From an uncultured Fibrobacterota bacterium (lineage in GTDB: Bacteria; Fibrobacterota; Chitinivibrionia; Chitinivibrionales; FEN-1185), in contig CAVWBU010000027.1 of assembly GCA_963753345.1 (NCBI GenBank), positions 128,001 through 192,000 of the forward strand: a stretch of DNA of 64,000 nt, given 5' to 3'. Shown here piece by piece: positions 9,184 to 19,371 of the stretch; the stretch's first letter is position 1; each line of letters opens with the position of its first letter. Position numbers and translations under genes: made by a program. The notes beneath the pieces were generated by a model that did not search any database, was not told the origin of the DNA, and saw only the letters and a program-made list of their open reading frames with translations.

Positions 9184-10344
9184 ATGGCGCAGCCAAGGCA
9201 CTTCGACATCACCGTCGTCGGCGGCGGGCCCGCGGGAATAGTCGCCGCAATTCATGCGGCGCGCGGCGGGAGAAAAGCGTGTCTTGTCGACCGCAAGAAA
9301 AACACCGGCAGTCCGGTCCGGTGCGGAGAAGCCATCGGCCTCAAGGGCTTTTCGTCGAGCGTAAGCCTCAAGCCGGAATGGATTAAGTGCAGAATTTCCC
9401 ACATGAAGCTCGTTTCGCCGTCCGGGATGGCCGTGACCGTGCCCAACAGCTATGAAGGGTACAGCATCGACAGGGAAAAAATGGAAAGCGATCTTACGCG
9501 CGAGGCTGTCACTCTCGGCGTTGAGTTCTTTCCGGACACGTCAATCGTTTCGGTGCAGCAGGACAACGGCGGGTACCTTTGCGAAAGCAAGGACGCGGCG
9601 TTCGCGTCCCAGTGCGTCATCCTTGCGGAGGGCGTCGAATCCAGGCTCGGCCGAAGCCTCGGATGGAAAACTGTTCTTGACAGAGGAGATATCCATTCAT
9701 GCGCGTTCGCCCGCGTTGCGCATGATCGCGTGGAGCCGGGCGCATGCGTCTTTTACCTGGGTTCCCGGCGCGCGCCGGGCGGGTACGTCTGGGTGTTCCA
9801 CCGGGGCGGGAACACCGCCAACGTAGGGCTCGGCGTCATCGGGGACCGCTGCCGGGCGGGAATGCCGAGGGCGCTATTGGAAGAATTCATCCGCGAGGAA
9901 TTCCCCGGCGCGCAGGTTTCGGACGTGCACTGCGGCGGAGTTCCCATGGCCCGGTGGATACGTCCGCTGGTGCGCGGCGGCGTAATGCTCGCCGGCGACG
10001 CCGCGCACATGATGAACTGCATGAGCGGCGCGGGCATCGCCTATGCCCTCTATTCGGGAAAAACCGCCGGCACGGTCGCGGCCGAATCCTTTGCAGAAGG
10101 GAAATGTCGGCGGAAACTGTTGATGCGCTATCAGGATCAGTGGGCTTCCTTTTACGGCAAACAGCAGAACCGGTCCTATGCCGTAAAAGAAGCCATGATC
10201 GGATTCCCGGACGCCTTTCTCGACGACATTGCCCGCGCCGTGACGCGCAAGGGCGCCAAGCCCATGAGCATTCTTTCGATTTTCATACGCGCCTTTTATA
10301 AAAGGCCCTTATTATTGATGAAAGTCATCCGCCTTCTCAAATAA
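9184..10344 (+). CDS. Geranylgeranyl reductase family flavoprotein (archaeal DGGR-like)
   Basis: GGGPAG, PVRCGEAI, APGGYVWVF, ANVGLG, GDAAH...SGAGI. Confidence 0.88.
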   Translation: MAQPRHFDITVVGGGPAGIVAAIHAARGGRKACLVDRKKNTGSPVRCGEAIGLKGFSSSVSLKPEWIKCRISHMKLVSPSGMAVTVPNSYEGYSIDREKMESDLTREAVTLGVEFFPDTSIVSVQQDNGGYLCESKDAAFASQCVILAEGVESRLGRSLGWKTVLDRGDIHSCAFARVAHDRVEPGACVFYLGSRRAPGGYVWVFHRGGNTANVGLGVIGDRCRAGMPRALLEEFIREEFPGAQVSDVHCGGVPMARWIRPLVRGGVMLAGDAAHMMNCMSGAGIAYALYSGKTAGTVAAESFAEGKCRRKLLMRYQDQWASFYGKQQNRSYAVKEAMIGFPDAFLDDIARAVTRKGAKPMSILSIFIRAFYKRPLLLMKVIRLLK

Positions 10345-10445
10345 CCCCCTTTTTTATATAAATACCTCCCTAGGCTATAATCTATTTTTAACAAATTATT
10401 CACCTTGGAAAAATATTTCCGATTACTGAAAGTAAAGGAGCGGGG

Positions 10446-12530
10446 ATGGGGCGTGACATTCTCGAACGGGTCGCCGACAATATCAGAATCCTTTCCGCCG
10501 CAATGGTCGAAAAGGCAAAGTCCGGCCATCCGGGCGGCTCCATGGGCGGCGCGGATTTCATCGCTGTCCTGTACTCGGAGTTCTTGTGCTTTGACCCGCA
10601 AGACATGCAATGGCCCAACCGTGACCGGTTTTTTCTCGACCCGGGACACGTGTCGCCCCTGCTCTATTCCATGCTCCATCTGCTGGGGCTTTACACCTTC
10701 GACGACATCCGCAATTTCCGCCAATGGGGGAGCGTCACTCCCGGGCATCCTGAACTCAACGTTGCGCGCGGGATAGAGAACACGTCCGGCCCCCTCGGCC
10801 AGGGACATGCAATGGCGCTCGGGGCGGCCATTGCCGAGCGGTTTCTTGCCGCGCGGTTCGGAGAATGGCTTTCGCACAAGACCTACGCGTACATCTCCGA
10901 CGGCGGCATTCAGGAGGAGATCGCCCAGGGCGTGGGCAGACTCGCCGGGCATCTCGGGCTTTCCAACCTCATCATGTTCTACGATTCGAATTGCGTGCAA
11001 TTGTCAACAACGACTTCCCTGGTCACGAGCGAGGACACGGCGAAGAAATACGAGGCGTGGGGATGGCGCGTGGAGTCGATTCAGGGTAACGATATCGCAC
11101 AGATCCGCAAGGCTCTTGCCCGGGCGACTGCGGAACAATCGAAGCCGACGCTCATCATCGGTCACACGCGCATGGGAAAGGGCGCTCTTGACGAAAAGGG
11201 AGGGAGCTTTGAAGGGCGGGTGGCAATGCACGGCATGCCGCTTTCCAAGGCGGGCGCGTCGTTTGCAAAGACCGTGGAGAACCTCGGCGGTGACCCGAAA
11301 GATCCCTTTGCCGTTTTTCCTGATGTCAAGAAATACCTCGACAGCGTTCGGGTAAGCAAAACGACGCAGTCGCGCGCAAGGCGCGACGGCCAGGCCCAAT
11401 GGGAAAAGAGCAATCCCGGCGAAGCGGCGAAACTCCGGGGTTTCCTGTCTGGCGAACTTCCCCCCATAGACTACGCCGCCATCGCGCACGCGCCGAACGT
11501 CGCGACGCGCGTCGCCTCCGGCACCGTGCTTTCGGCGTTCGCCACGAAGGTCGAGAACATGATTGTTTCTTCGGCCGACCTGTGCAACAGCGACAACACC
11601 GAGGGATTTCTCAAAGGCGGCTCGCGCATCTTTTCAAAAGGCGACTTCGGCGGCGGCTTTCTGCAGGCGGGCGTGTCCGAACTCACCATGGCCGGAATCA
11701 TGAACGGCATCGCCCTGCACGGAGGCGTCATTCCCGTGTGCGGCACGTTTTTTGTTTTTTCCGATTTCATGAAGCCCGCCATCCGTCTTGCAGCCCTCAT
11801 GAAGCTGCCCGTCAAGTACGTGTGGTCGCACGACTCGTTCCGCGTGGGCGAGGACGGACCCACGCACCAGCCCATCGAACACGAAACCCAGATCCGCCTC
11901 CTGGAGAACATGAGCAATGCGGACGGGAAACGGAGCATGCTCGTGCTCAGGCCCGCCGACGCGGCGGAAACAACCGTTGCCTGGCAGATGGCCATGGAGA
12001 ACAAGCACCGCCCCACCGCCCTTCTGCTCTCGCGCCAGGCCATGACCGATCTTGCCGCACACGCGGCCGCAAGCCGGTACCTTGACGCGTGCAAGGCCGC
12101 GCGCGGCGCCTACACGGTGTTCGAAAGCGGCGCACGGCCCGACCTCGTGTGCATCGCAAACGGGTCCGAGGTCGCCACGCTCGTCACGGCGGCGAAAAAG
12201 CTGTCCGAGGAAAAGGGAATGGCGGTGCGGGTGGTTTCGGTGATTTCCGAAGGGTTGTTTTTCGACCAGACCGTCGAATACCGCGAAAGCGTGATCCCGT
12301 TCGGCGTGCCCGTGTTCGGGCTCACCGCGGGACTGCCGCAGGCCCTGAGGGACGCGGCCGGCGTGTTCGGATCGGTTTACGGATGCGAGCGGTTCGGCGC
12401 GTCGGCGCCGTTTGCGGTGCTCGAGGAGAAGTTCGGGTTTACCCCCGATTCGGTGCTCAGGAAGATCGAACTGTTCCTGGGCGACCACGCGCGGTTCTGC
12501 GAAAGGCTCGCCGCCGCGCTCAAGCGGTGA
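10446..12530 (+). CDS. tkt: Transketolase
   Basis: SGHPGG, DRFFLDPGH, TPGHPE, GPLGQG, SDGGIQE, GEDGPTHQPIEH. Confidence 0.96.
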   Translation: MGRDILERVADNIRILSAAMVEKAKSGHPGGSMGGADFIAVLYSEFLCFDPQDMQWPNRDRFFLDPGHVSPLLYSMLHLLGLYTFDDIRNFRQWGSVTPGHPELNVARGIENTSGPLGQGHAMALGAAIAERFLAARFGEWLSHKTYAYISDGGIQEEIAQGVGRLAGHLGLSNLIMFYDSNCVQLSTTTSLVTSEDTAKKYEAWGWRVESIQGNDIAQIRKALARATAEQSKPTLIIGHTRMGKGALDEKGGSFEGRVAMHGMPLSKAGASFAKTVENLGGDPKDPFAVFPDVKKYLDSVRVSKTTQSRARRDGQAQWEKSNPGEAAKLRGFLSGELPPIDYAAIAHAPNVATRVASGTVLSAFATKVENMIVSSADLCNSDNTEGFLKGGSRIFSKGDFGGGFLQAGVSELTMAGIMNGIALHGGVIPVCGTFFVFSDFMKPAIRLAALMKLPVKYVWSHDSFRVGEDGPTHQPIEHETQIRLLENMSNADGKRSMLVLRPADAAETTVAWQMAMENKHRPTALLLSRQAMTDLAAHAAASRYLDACKAARGAYTVFESGARPDLVCIANGSEVATLVTAAKKLSEEKGMAVRVVSVISEGLFFDQTVEYRESVIPFGVPVFGLTAGLPQALRDAAGVFGSVYGCERFGASAPFAVLEEKFGFTPDSVLRKIELFLGDHARFCERLAAALKR

Positions 12531-12592
12531 GGGCTCGCCGGCATGGAAAAGATGTGCGGGCTTGACGTCTGCAAAACGGCGGAGGTGCTCGT

Positions 12593-13120
12593 ATGAAAAT
12601 CGGCGTCGTAAGCGACACGCACCGGAACGTTGAATATCTCGTTGAAGCGGCGGACTGGCTGTGTTCGCGCCAGAAGATCGCCATGCTGTACCACCTCGGC
12701 GACGACTACGATGATGTAAAGGCGCTCGCGGACAAATACATCGACATCGTCCAGGTGCCGGGCATATACGACGAGCGCTACACCGACGGCTCCCTTCCCA
12801 AGAAGATCGTGGAAAACGTGCTGGGCGTCCGGATCATGCTGGTTCATTCCATGGAAAAGGACGTTACCCCGAAAGACAAGATGACCGTCGACATAATTCT
12901 CCACGGCCACACGCACCATAGCGGGCTCACGGTCGAAGACGGCCTCTTGTGCATGAACCCCGGCCATCTCAAGGGCCCCAAGGACAAGAATTTTCCTCCC
13001 ACGTTCGGGCTGCTTGACATACAAGACAAGAACATCCATGCCACAATATTCGGCCTGGATTTCAAGCAGGTGTCGTCCATGGAAGTGTTCCGCTCCGAAA
13101 ATAGGCTGTACAAGGCGTAA
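12593..13120 (+). CDS. Metallophosphoesterase (YfcE/MJ0936-like)
   Basis: VSDTH, HLGD, HGHTH, MNPG; GGAGG RBS. Confidence 0.85.
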   Translation: MKIGVVSDTHRNVEYLVEAADWLCSRQKIAMLYHLGDDYDDVKALADKYIDIVQVPGIYDERYTDGSLPKKIVENVLGVRIMLVHSMEKDVTPKDKMTVDIILHGHTHHSGLTVEDGLLCMNPGHLKGPKDKNFPPTFGLLDIQDKNIHATIFGLDFKQVSSMEVFRSENRLYKA

Positions 13121-13175
13121 CAACGGCGGGGCGTGCACTGCCGCGGCGTTTTCCGTGAAAGGCGCATTTGTCCAG

Positions 13176-15170
13176 ATGGAGATGCCGTTTCTCAGCACCA
13201 CGGTCATCGTCTTCGGCCTTGCCATTCTCGTGCTCCTCGCCTGCTACCGCCTGAGAATCCCCACCATCGTCGGATTCCTGCTCACCGGTCTCCTCGCGGG
13301 CCCCGGCGGTTTCGCGCTCGTTTCAAACGAAAAAGTGGTCGAGTCCCTCGCGCAGATCGGCGTCGTGATCCTCCTCTTCAGCATCGGGCTTGAATTCTCC
13401 CTGCAGAACCTTCTTCAATTGAGAAAAACGGTCTTTGCCGGCGGGTCGGTCCAGGTCCTCGCCACCATCGCCGCTGTTGCCGCGGTTTCCCTGTTGACAG
13501 GCCGCACGCTGCCGCAGTCGCTGTTCATGGGGTTTCTCCTGTCTCTTTCCAGCACGGCAATTGTCCTCAAGTGGTTCCAGGAGAAGGCCGAAGTGGAAAG
13601 CCCTCACGGGAAGACGAGCCTCGGCATTTTGATTTTCCAGGACCTGGCTGTTGTCCCCATGATGCTTCTCGTCCCCGTTATTTCGGGGGCATCGTCCAAT
13701 GTCGGCTCGTCAATCGTCACGCTGCTCTTGAAAGTCGCGGGGACCCTGGTCTGCATGTTCGTCCTCACGAGGTGGGTGGTCCCCAAGGTTCTGTTCTGGG
13801 TCGCAAAAACGAGAAGCAGGGAGCTTTTTCTTCTCGCAATCATCGTGATCTGTTTCTCCGTTGCATGGCTTACGTCAAGCATGGGGCTGTCGCTCGCGCT
13901 CGGCGCGTTTCTGGCGGGGCTCATTCTGTCGGAATCGGAGTATGCCTATCAGGCCCTCGGATCCATCCTGCCGCTTCGAGATGTTTTTACGAGCGTTTTT
14001 TTCATCTCCATTGGCATGCTGTTCGACGTCGCGTTCTTCCTGCGCCATCCGGTGCTCATTCCCGCGCTTGCCGTCGCGGTTTTTGCGGGCAAGTTTATCA
14101 TTGCATTTTTTGTTCCGGCAATCCTGGGTTTACCCCTCCGCACCATGGCGCTCACCGGACTTGCCCTCGGCCAGGTGGGAGAGTTCGCGTTCATTCTTTC
14201 GCGCACCGGCCTGGATTACCGGCTCCTTGACAGAAACTACTACCAGGTCTTTCTCGGCGTTTCGATCTTGACAATGGCGGCAACGCCGTTTGTGATGGCG
14301 GCCGGTCCGAAAATCGCCGATCTGCTGCTTTTGCTTCCTTTTCCCGGCCGCCTCCGGTCGGGATTGCGCACGTCGGAAAGCAATGGAAGCGCCTCGGTCT
14401 CCCCGCAGCTTTCGGACCACCTCATTATCGTCGGGTTCGGGGTAAACGGCCGCAACGTCGCCCGTGCCGCTCGCGCCGCGGGCGTCCCGTACGTTATCAC
14501 TGAAATGAATCCCGAGACCGTGCGCAAGGAAAAGGCGGCGGGAGAGCCCATTCACTTCGGCGACGCAACCCAGGACGCAATCTTGTTGCATGTCAAGATC
14601 CAGAACGCCCGGGTCGTTGTCGTCGGAATACCCGATCCCGTGGCCACGCGACGCGTGGTGGAAATCGCCAGAAAGCTCAATCCGTCGGTCCACATCATTG
14701 CGCGCACACGGTTTTTTCACGAGACAACGCACCTGTATTCACTCGGCGCAAGCGAGGTGATCCCCGAGGAATTTGAGACGTCGGTGGAAATCTTCGCACG
14801 CGTGCTTGTCAAATACCAGGTCCCGCGAAATCTGATCAACCAGTTCATCGCCGAAATCCGGTCCGACAGCTACCAGGTGCTGCGGAGCAACTCTGGAGAA
14901 AAGGCCACGGTTGCTGACCTCAAGTTCGCGGTCCCGGACGTGGAAGTGAACATGGCGTGGGTGGGCGAGGGCGCGTTTCTCGCAGGCAAGACCATTGCGG
15001 AGCTCAACCTGCGCCGCACCTACGGCATAACCCTGCTCGCGGTGCGCAGAGGAGCGGAGATCATCTCGAATCCGGACAGCGGGCTGGGGCTGGCAGAGGG
15101 TGATATTCTGGTTTTTCTGGGGAAGCCTGGGGATAATGGGAAGTTTGCGGAGGCGATGAAGGGGAAGTGA
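13176..15170 (+). CDS. CPA2 (Kef-type) cation:proton antiporter with TrkA-N and TrkA-C domains
   Basis: LLFSIGLEFS, LSSTAIV, LIFQD, QVGEFAF, IIVGFGVNG, GDAT and a C-terminal RCK_C. Start moved to 13176. Confidence 0.92.
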   Translation: MEMPFLSTTVIVFGLAILVLLACYRLRIPTIVGFLLTGLLAGPGGFALVSNEKVVESLAQIGVVILLFSIGLEFSLQNLLQLRKTVFAGGSVQVLATIAAVAAVSLLTGRTLPQSLFMGFLLSLSSTAIVLKWFQEKAEVESPHGKTSLGILIFQDLAVVPMMLLVPVISGASSNVGSSIVTLLLKVAGTLVCMFVLTRWVVPKVLFWVAKTRSRELFLLAIIVICFSVAWLTSSMGLSLALGAFLAGLILSESEYAYQALGSILPLRDVFTSVFFISIGMLFDVAFFLRHPVLIPALAVAVFAGKFIIAFFVPAILGLPLRTMALTGLALGQVGEFAFILSRTGLDYRLLDRNYYQVFLGVSILTMAATPFVMAAGPKIADLLLLLPFPGRLRSGLRTSESNGSASVSPQLSDHLIIVGFGVNGRNVARAARAAGVPYVITEMNPETVRKEKAAGEPIHFGDATQDAILLHVKIQNARVVVVGIPDPVATRRVVEIARKLNPSVHIIARTRFFHETTHLYSLGASEVIPEEFETSVEIFARVLVKYQVPRNLINQFIAEIRSDSYQVLRSNSGEKATVADLKFAVPDVEVNMAWVGEGAFLAGKTIAELNLRRTYGITLLAVRRGAEIISNPDSGLGLAEGDILVFLGKPGDNGKFAEAMKGK

Positions 15171-15256
15171 AGCCGATGTGACAAGTGAGGATAGAGTACC
15201 AGCTTCACAAAGGATCAATGATATGGCAGAGGAGGTATCACCATTGTTCCCGCCGG

Positions 15257-16204
15257 TCAGTTCTTCACAAACGTCTCTTCCACCTGTTCCCAATATTCCT
15301 TCATTGTTTTCGTCCTTTGTGTTTTCCTCAATCTTTCTTCCGGTCCTGCAAACGAAAACGAGAAAAAACACCAAAATTGTTTAAGTCTTCCAAGCAGCAT
15401 CTGCCCCGAAAATCCGATTGCCTGGTATCCTCGTACGACATCTTCGTGAAATCGGTAGAGCCTCTCGCTATATGTCTTTTTGGAACAATTGGTTAATCCT
15501 TTTATCCGTTCGGCAAGTGACGGGTCCATTAACAACCCCCGGCCTATCATAAAAGAATCAATTTTGTCAAACCGTTCGGCGATTTTTTGGAACGAGGCAA
15601 CATCCGTAATGTCTCCGTTGTAAATAACGGGATGCCTCGAAAGCGCGAGACATTCGGCGAACGAATCCAGGTCAACCGATCCGCCATACATCTGCCTGGC
15701 TGTCCGTGCGTGGATAATCACCCCGGCAAGCGGGAAGGCATTGAGGACATCAAGCACGGCCGGAGCTTCGGATGGTTCGTTCATGCCGAGCCGCATCTTT
15801 GTCTCGATCCGACACTTGACATTAGGGACAACCGATTCGAGGAAACGGGCGATCATTTCCGGATGGGGAAGCAGGCCTGCGCCGCGCTTCTTGTTGACCA
15901 CCATGGGGTAGGGACAGCCAAGGTTCCAGTTTACCGTTTCGTATCCGAGGGAAAACAGTTGATTCGCAAGAACGATGAATTCATCCGCATCTTTGCCTAT
16001 GATCTGGGGAATAAGACAGCTCGCCTTGTTGTATTTGGGAAGAACGTCGCGGAGGTGTGAGTCTCGAACGGTTTTCCCTTTGACTGTTGTGATGAACGGC
16101 GAATAGCATGCGTCAATTCCGGCAAAATGCTTGAACAGGATGTTGCGGAAAACGAAATCGGTATGCCCGTGCATTGGCGCGAGAAGAAGTTTCACGGGAA
16201 TCAA
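15257..16204 (-). CDS. dus: tRNA-dihydrouridine synthase
   Basis: LAPMHGHTD, NWNLGCP, GAGLL, KMRLG, HARTARQMY, NGDI, MIGRG. Confidence 0.92.
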   Translation of the reverse strand: MIPVKLLLAPMHGHTDFVFRNILFKHFAGIDACYSPFITTVKGKTVRDSHLRDVLPKYNKASCLIPQIIGKDADEFIVLANQLFSLGYETVNWNLGCPYPMVVNKKRGAGLLPHPEMIARFLESVVPNVKCRIETKMRLGMNEPSEAPAVLDVLNAFPLAGVIIHARTARQMYGGSVDLDSFAECLALSRHPVIYNGDITDVASFQKIAERFDKIDSFMIGRGLLMDPSLAERIKGLTNCSKKTYSERLYRFHEDVVRGYQAIGFSGQMLLGRLKQFWCFFSFSFAGPEERLRKTQRTKTMKEYWEQVEETFVKN

Positions 16205-17817
16205 AGGCCTTTGCGATCGTGGCCGAAGTAAAGCGGGCTTGTGGCGGCAAAGGTAAGAGAGCCGTCCTCCCTTTTGCAGACCGCCTCGGTGCGAAGGTAA
16301 CCGTTGCGCGTTATCGTGGAGAGTTTTATTTCCTCAACCGCCCTCTTTTCACCCTTGAATGTTTTTGAGAATATTATACGCTCGGCTCTTTCGCCAGGCT
16401 CGCCTGCAAAAACCTGAATGAAGTTGAGCCCTCCGAATTCGCAGGAGCTTATAGCCTCGATAGTTGCAGATTGACAGTCCAGAGGAACGGCCATTGGCTT
16501 TTCGCTGAGTTGAGTAGGAGCCAGCCGGAGAAACGGCCCGCTCGTCACAAACGTTTCGCCGTTTATTATGGCGGCAATGATGTCCTCTTGTGACCGTGCC
16601 TTGCGGTAAATGCCCGTCCTGGCGCCCGACAAGTGGCGGGTGAAGCTCTCCGCTATGTCAAGAAAGGGGACGCTCACATACCGGTACCTGTTGAAATCGC
16701 CGTGGGAATCGTTGCCGGCCACGAGCGGCATTCGTCTTCCTTTGAGCAATTCGGCGATCCAGAGGTTCCTTGCGCGGAGCCATGAATTGCCGAATCCGTT
16801 ATTGACGGCCTGCACTGCGTCAAGCTCGACGCTCATGTCTTTCCGGGACCAATTGCCGCGATGCAGAAAAAGCCGCTGGCTGAATCCGAACCTTGAACCG
16901 GGGTGCGCCGCAACCGCTATGCCGCCTTGCCTGTGGATGTGCCGGATTGCGTCAGTCAAGCTCAGAGTCGGCAGTTTTCCCGACCGTGCTCCATCGGCAG
17001 AGCCTGATATAAAACGAGAAATTCCTATGCCGCAGAGATGGACCGCCTTGCGCCGGGAATTGAGGACGGATATTTCTTCGCCCTGCAGCACAACAGTCTT
17101 GAAGCCGTCGGAACGCGTGATTTCCTCGGAGGATGATTTCCATCGGGTGAGGCCGCTGTCCGCTTTCAGGAAATCGGTCATGCTGCAACAGAGATCGTAG
17201 GAATGATCGGTGATCGACAGGAAGTCAAGCCCGCACGTATCGGCAATCGTGTCGATGACGCGGATCGGCGGGCCGAACTCGACATGGCTCTGGGAATACT
17301 GGGAATGCACGTGAAGGTCGCCGAACGAACAGCGATCCGCGCCCGGCAGCGGCTCGTTTGCGGCGAAACATGAAAACGGCAGCTTTGACGTTGTGGCGAA
17401 GTTGTCGTTGACGACTGTCCAGCTCCGCTTCCTGCTTGTCATTACCGCCTTGCAATTGACAAGGATTCTTCCCGACGGAATTTCATCCCGTTTGATGACA
17501 AAGCGGAAGACGCGTGATTGTCCTCCAAACGGGTGCGGGATAAGGCAGGACCCCGGATCGCCAAACGTAAAGAGGATCGGCTGCATTCCTTTCTGCGAGA
17601 CGGTTATGGACGTTTCCTTCACTTCTGCGGGGAATTGATCCACGTCGTTCACCATGAGGACAACGGGGAGGTCCTTTCCGGGACCGCAGCGGTAGGGGAG
17701 GTCGAAAACAATCTCGGGTTCTTTTTTGAAAAGAATGCTGGGAAAAAATGGAAAAAAACGGAAATGGGTTTCCGGGTAGAGAAAAACAGGTGTGGGAGGG
17801 ACTGATGGAAGAAACAT
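16201..17817 (-). CDS. PHP-domain (CehA/McbA-like) metallohydrolase with N-terminal extension
   Basis: GDLHVHSQYS, ITDH, GEEIS, AAHP, GNDSHG; overlaps the dus start by 4 bp. Confidence 0.8.
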   Translation of the reverse strand: MFLPSVPPTPVFLYPETHFRFFPFFPSILFKKEPEIVFDLPYRCGPGKDLPVVLMVNDVDQFPAEVKETSITVSQKGMQPILFTFGDPGSCLIPHPFGGQSRVFRFVIKRDEIPSGRILVNCKAVMTSRKRSWTVVNDNFATTSKLPFSCFAANEPLPGADRCSFGDLHVHSQYSQSHVEFGPPIRVIDTIADTCGLDFLSITDHSYDLCCSMTDFLKADSGLTRWKSSSEEITRSDGFKTVVLQGEEISVLNSRRKAVHLCGIGISRFISGSADGARSGKLPTLSLTDAIRHIHRQGGIAVAAHPGSRFGFSQRLFLHRGNWSRKDMSVELDAVQAVNNGFGNSWLRARNLWIAELLKGRRMPLVAGNDSHGDFNRYRYVSVPFLDIAESFTRHLSGARTGIYRKARSQEDIIAAIINGETFVTSGPFLRLAPTQLSEKPMAVPLDCQSATIEAISSCEFGGLNFIQVFAGEPGERAERIIFSKTFKGEKRAVEEIKLSTITRNGYLRTEAVCKREDGSLTFAATSPLYFGHDRKGL

Positions 17818-17977
17818 GCTGTATTTTATTGGATGATGATAGGTGGGTTACCGTCGTCTGTCTTGTCATTCCCGCTTGCGCGAAAGTGATACCCGGCATC
17901 GAAACAAATTATGTGCTCATGCTTATGATATGAATTGCTTTGTAAATATAGGTTGTTCCTCCCAGCCGGACTAAAAA

Positions 17978-19015
17978 ATGAAGACCCATGAATTCGATTA
18001 CTCACTTCCTCCGGACCTCATCGCGCAGCATCCGCACCATGAACGCGACCAATGCAGGCTGCTCTTCCTTTCTCGGAAGACAGGGGAGGTGCGCGATCAT
18101 GAATTCAAAGCTCTTGTCGGTCTTCTTTCACCGGGAGACCGGCTCGTTTTCAACGACACCAAGGTGATCCCGGCGCGGCTTTTCTGCCGCAAGGAATCAG
18201 GCGGAAAGGTGGAACTGCTGCTTACGGAACCGGAATCCGGCGGCGCCTGGAGAGCGCTGGTGAGACCGGGACGCGGTCTGCGGACAGGCACAAGACTCCG
18301 CGTCGAAGCGGCGCCGGATATTGCCATTGACATCGTTGGCGTGCAGGAGGATGGAACGCGCACAATAATGCTTGACAAAGGCACCAATCTTGTGTTTTCC
18401 GATGTGCTGAAAAACTATGGGGTGATGGCCCTTCCTCATTACATCAAACGGCCCGCCGGTGCGGACGATCGGGTGACCTACCAGACTATTTTTGCCAGGA
18501 ACGAGGGAGCCATCGCGTCTCCGACGGCGGGTCTTCATTTTTCCACCGGAATCGTGGAAGCGCTTTCGGCACGGGGCGTGGAAACGTCTCATATAACCCT
18601 GCACGTCGGCGTGGGAACGTTCAAGCCCGTCACTGAGGAGGATCCCCGTGACCACGTCATGCATGACGAACGGTACGAGTTGACCGGAGAGACTGCGGAC
18701 GAGATTTTGCGCACTAGGAAACAAGGGGGCAGGACAATCGCGGTGGGAACAACCGTTGTGCGCGTTCTGGAACATTGCGCAGAAGAGGACGGCAGCTTGC
18801 GGCCTTCGCACGGCAGAACAAACCTGATGATCCTGCCGGGGTACAAATTCAAAACAGTTGACGGAATGATAACAAACTTCCACGTGCCGAAATCAACGCT
18901 GCTCATGCTGGTAAGCGCGTTCGCCGGCCGCGATCGTGTGCTTGACGCGTACAACCACGCCGTGAAGCAGAAGTACAGGTTTTTCAGTTACGGCGATGCG
19001 ATGCTGATTCTATAA
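17978..19015 (+). CDS. queA: SAM:tRNA ribosyltransferase-isomerase
   Basis: FDYSLPPDLIAQHP, VFNDTKVIPAR, YQTIFA, ASPTAGLHF, AVGTT, TNFHVPKSTL, YRFFSYGDAMLI. Confidence 0.97.
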   Translation: MKTHEFDYSLPPDLIAQHPHHERDQCRLLFLSRKTGEVRDHEFKALVGLLSPGDRLVFNDTKVIPARLFCRKESGGKVELLLTEPESGGAWRALVRPGRGLRTGTRLRVEAAPDIAIDIVGVQEDGTRTIMLDKGTNLVFSDVLKNYGVMALPHYIKRPAGADDRVTYQTIFARNEGAIASPTAGLHFSTGIVEALSARGVETSHITLHVGVGTFKPVTEEDPRDHVMHDERYELTGETADEILRTRKQGGRTIAVGTTVVRVLEHCAEEDGSLRPSHGRTNLMILPGYKFKTVDGMITNFHVPKSTLLMLVSAFAGRDRVLDAYNHAVKQKYRFFSYGDAMLIL

Positions 19016-19042
19016 CCTCTATTTTAATTTAGATACGAAATT

Positions 19043-19262
19043 GGGCGCCTGCCTCCTGGCACCGGTTCTCCTCCAGGCTCGGCTATTCGCCTCGTTGCCG
19101 GTCCGCCCTATGCCTGTCGGCTGGGCACCCCGTCGGGTGCTTCCAAGGGTCGTCGGCCGGCACAAGGCAAGCGACATAATAACAAAGCGCGAAGCGCTAT
19201 TACCATACCTTGGGGAACGAAGTGACAATTCGCTCTCGCTCACCCTCCGTCGCCCCTGGCGC
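19043..19262 (+). repeat. Structured dispersed repeat, family 1 copy A (contains a family 2 motif)
   Basis: Shares ordered blocks GGGCG / CCGGTTCT(T)CCTCC / CCCTATG / CCTCCG(G)TCGCCCCTnnCGC with the inverted copy at 19372-19524. Confidence 0.65.
19164..19229 (+). repeat. ~65-nt dispersed motif, family 2 copy A
   Basis: AAGGCAAGCGACATAATA..GCGCGAAGCGC..CCTTGGGGAACGAAGTGACAAT, matching the reverse complement of 23289-23352. Confidence 0.85.
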
Positions 19263-19371
19263 AAGAAACTACCCCTGCACGTTCAATGTAATTAGTACCT
19301 GTTACAACTGTACGATTACTTGTCAAATGATAGCCACCTACGATTGCATGAATGCGCATTTGCTTGTTTTA

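Noticed and set aside
17866-17900. GTCATTCCCGC REP-like start
   Set aside because: No matching inverted arm and no second copy seen in the window.
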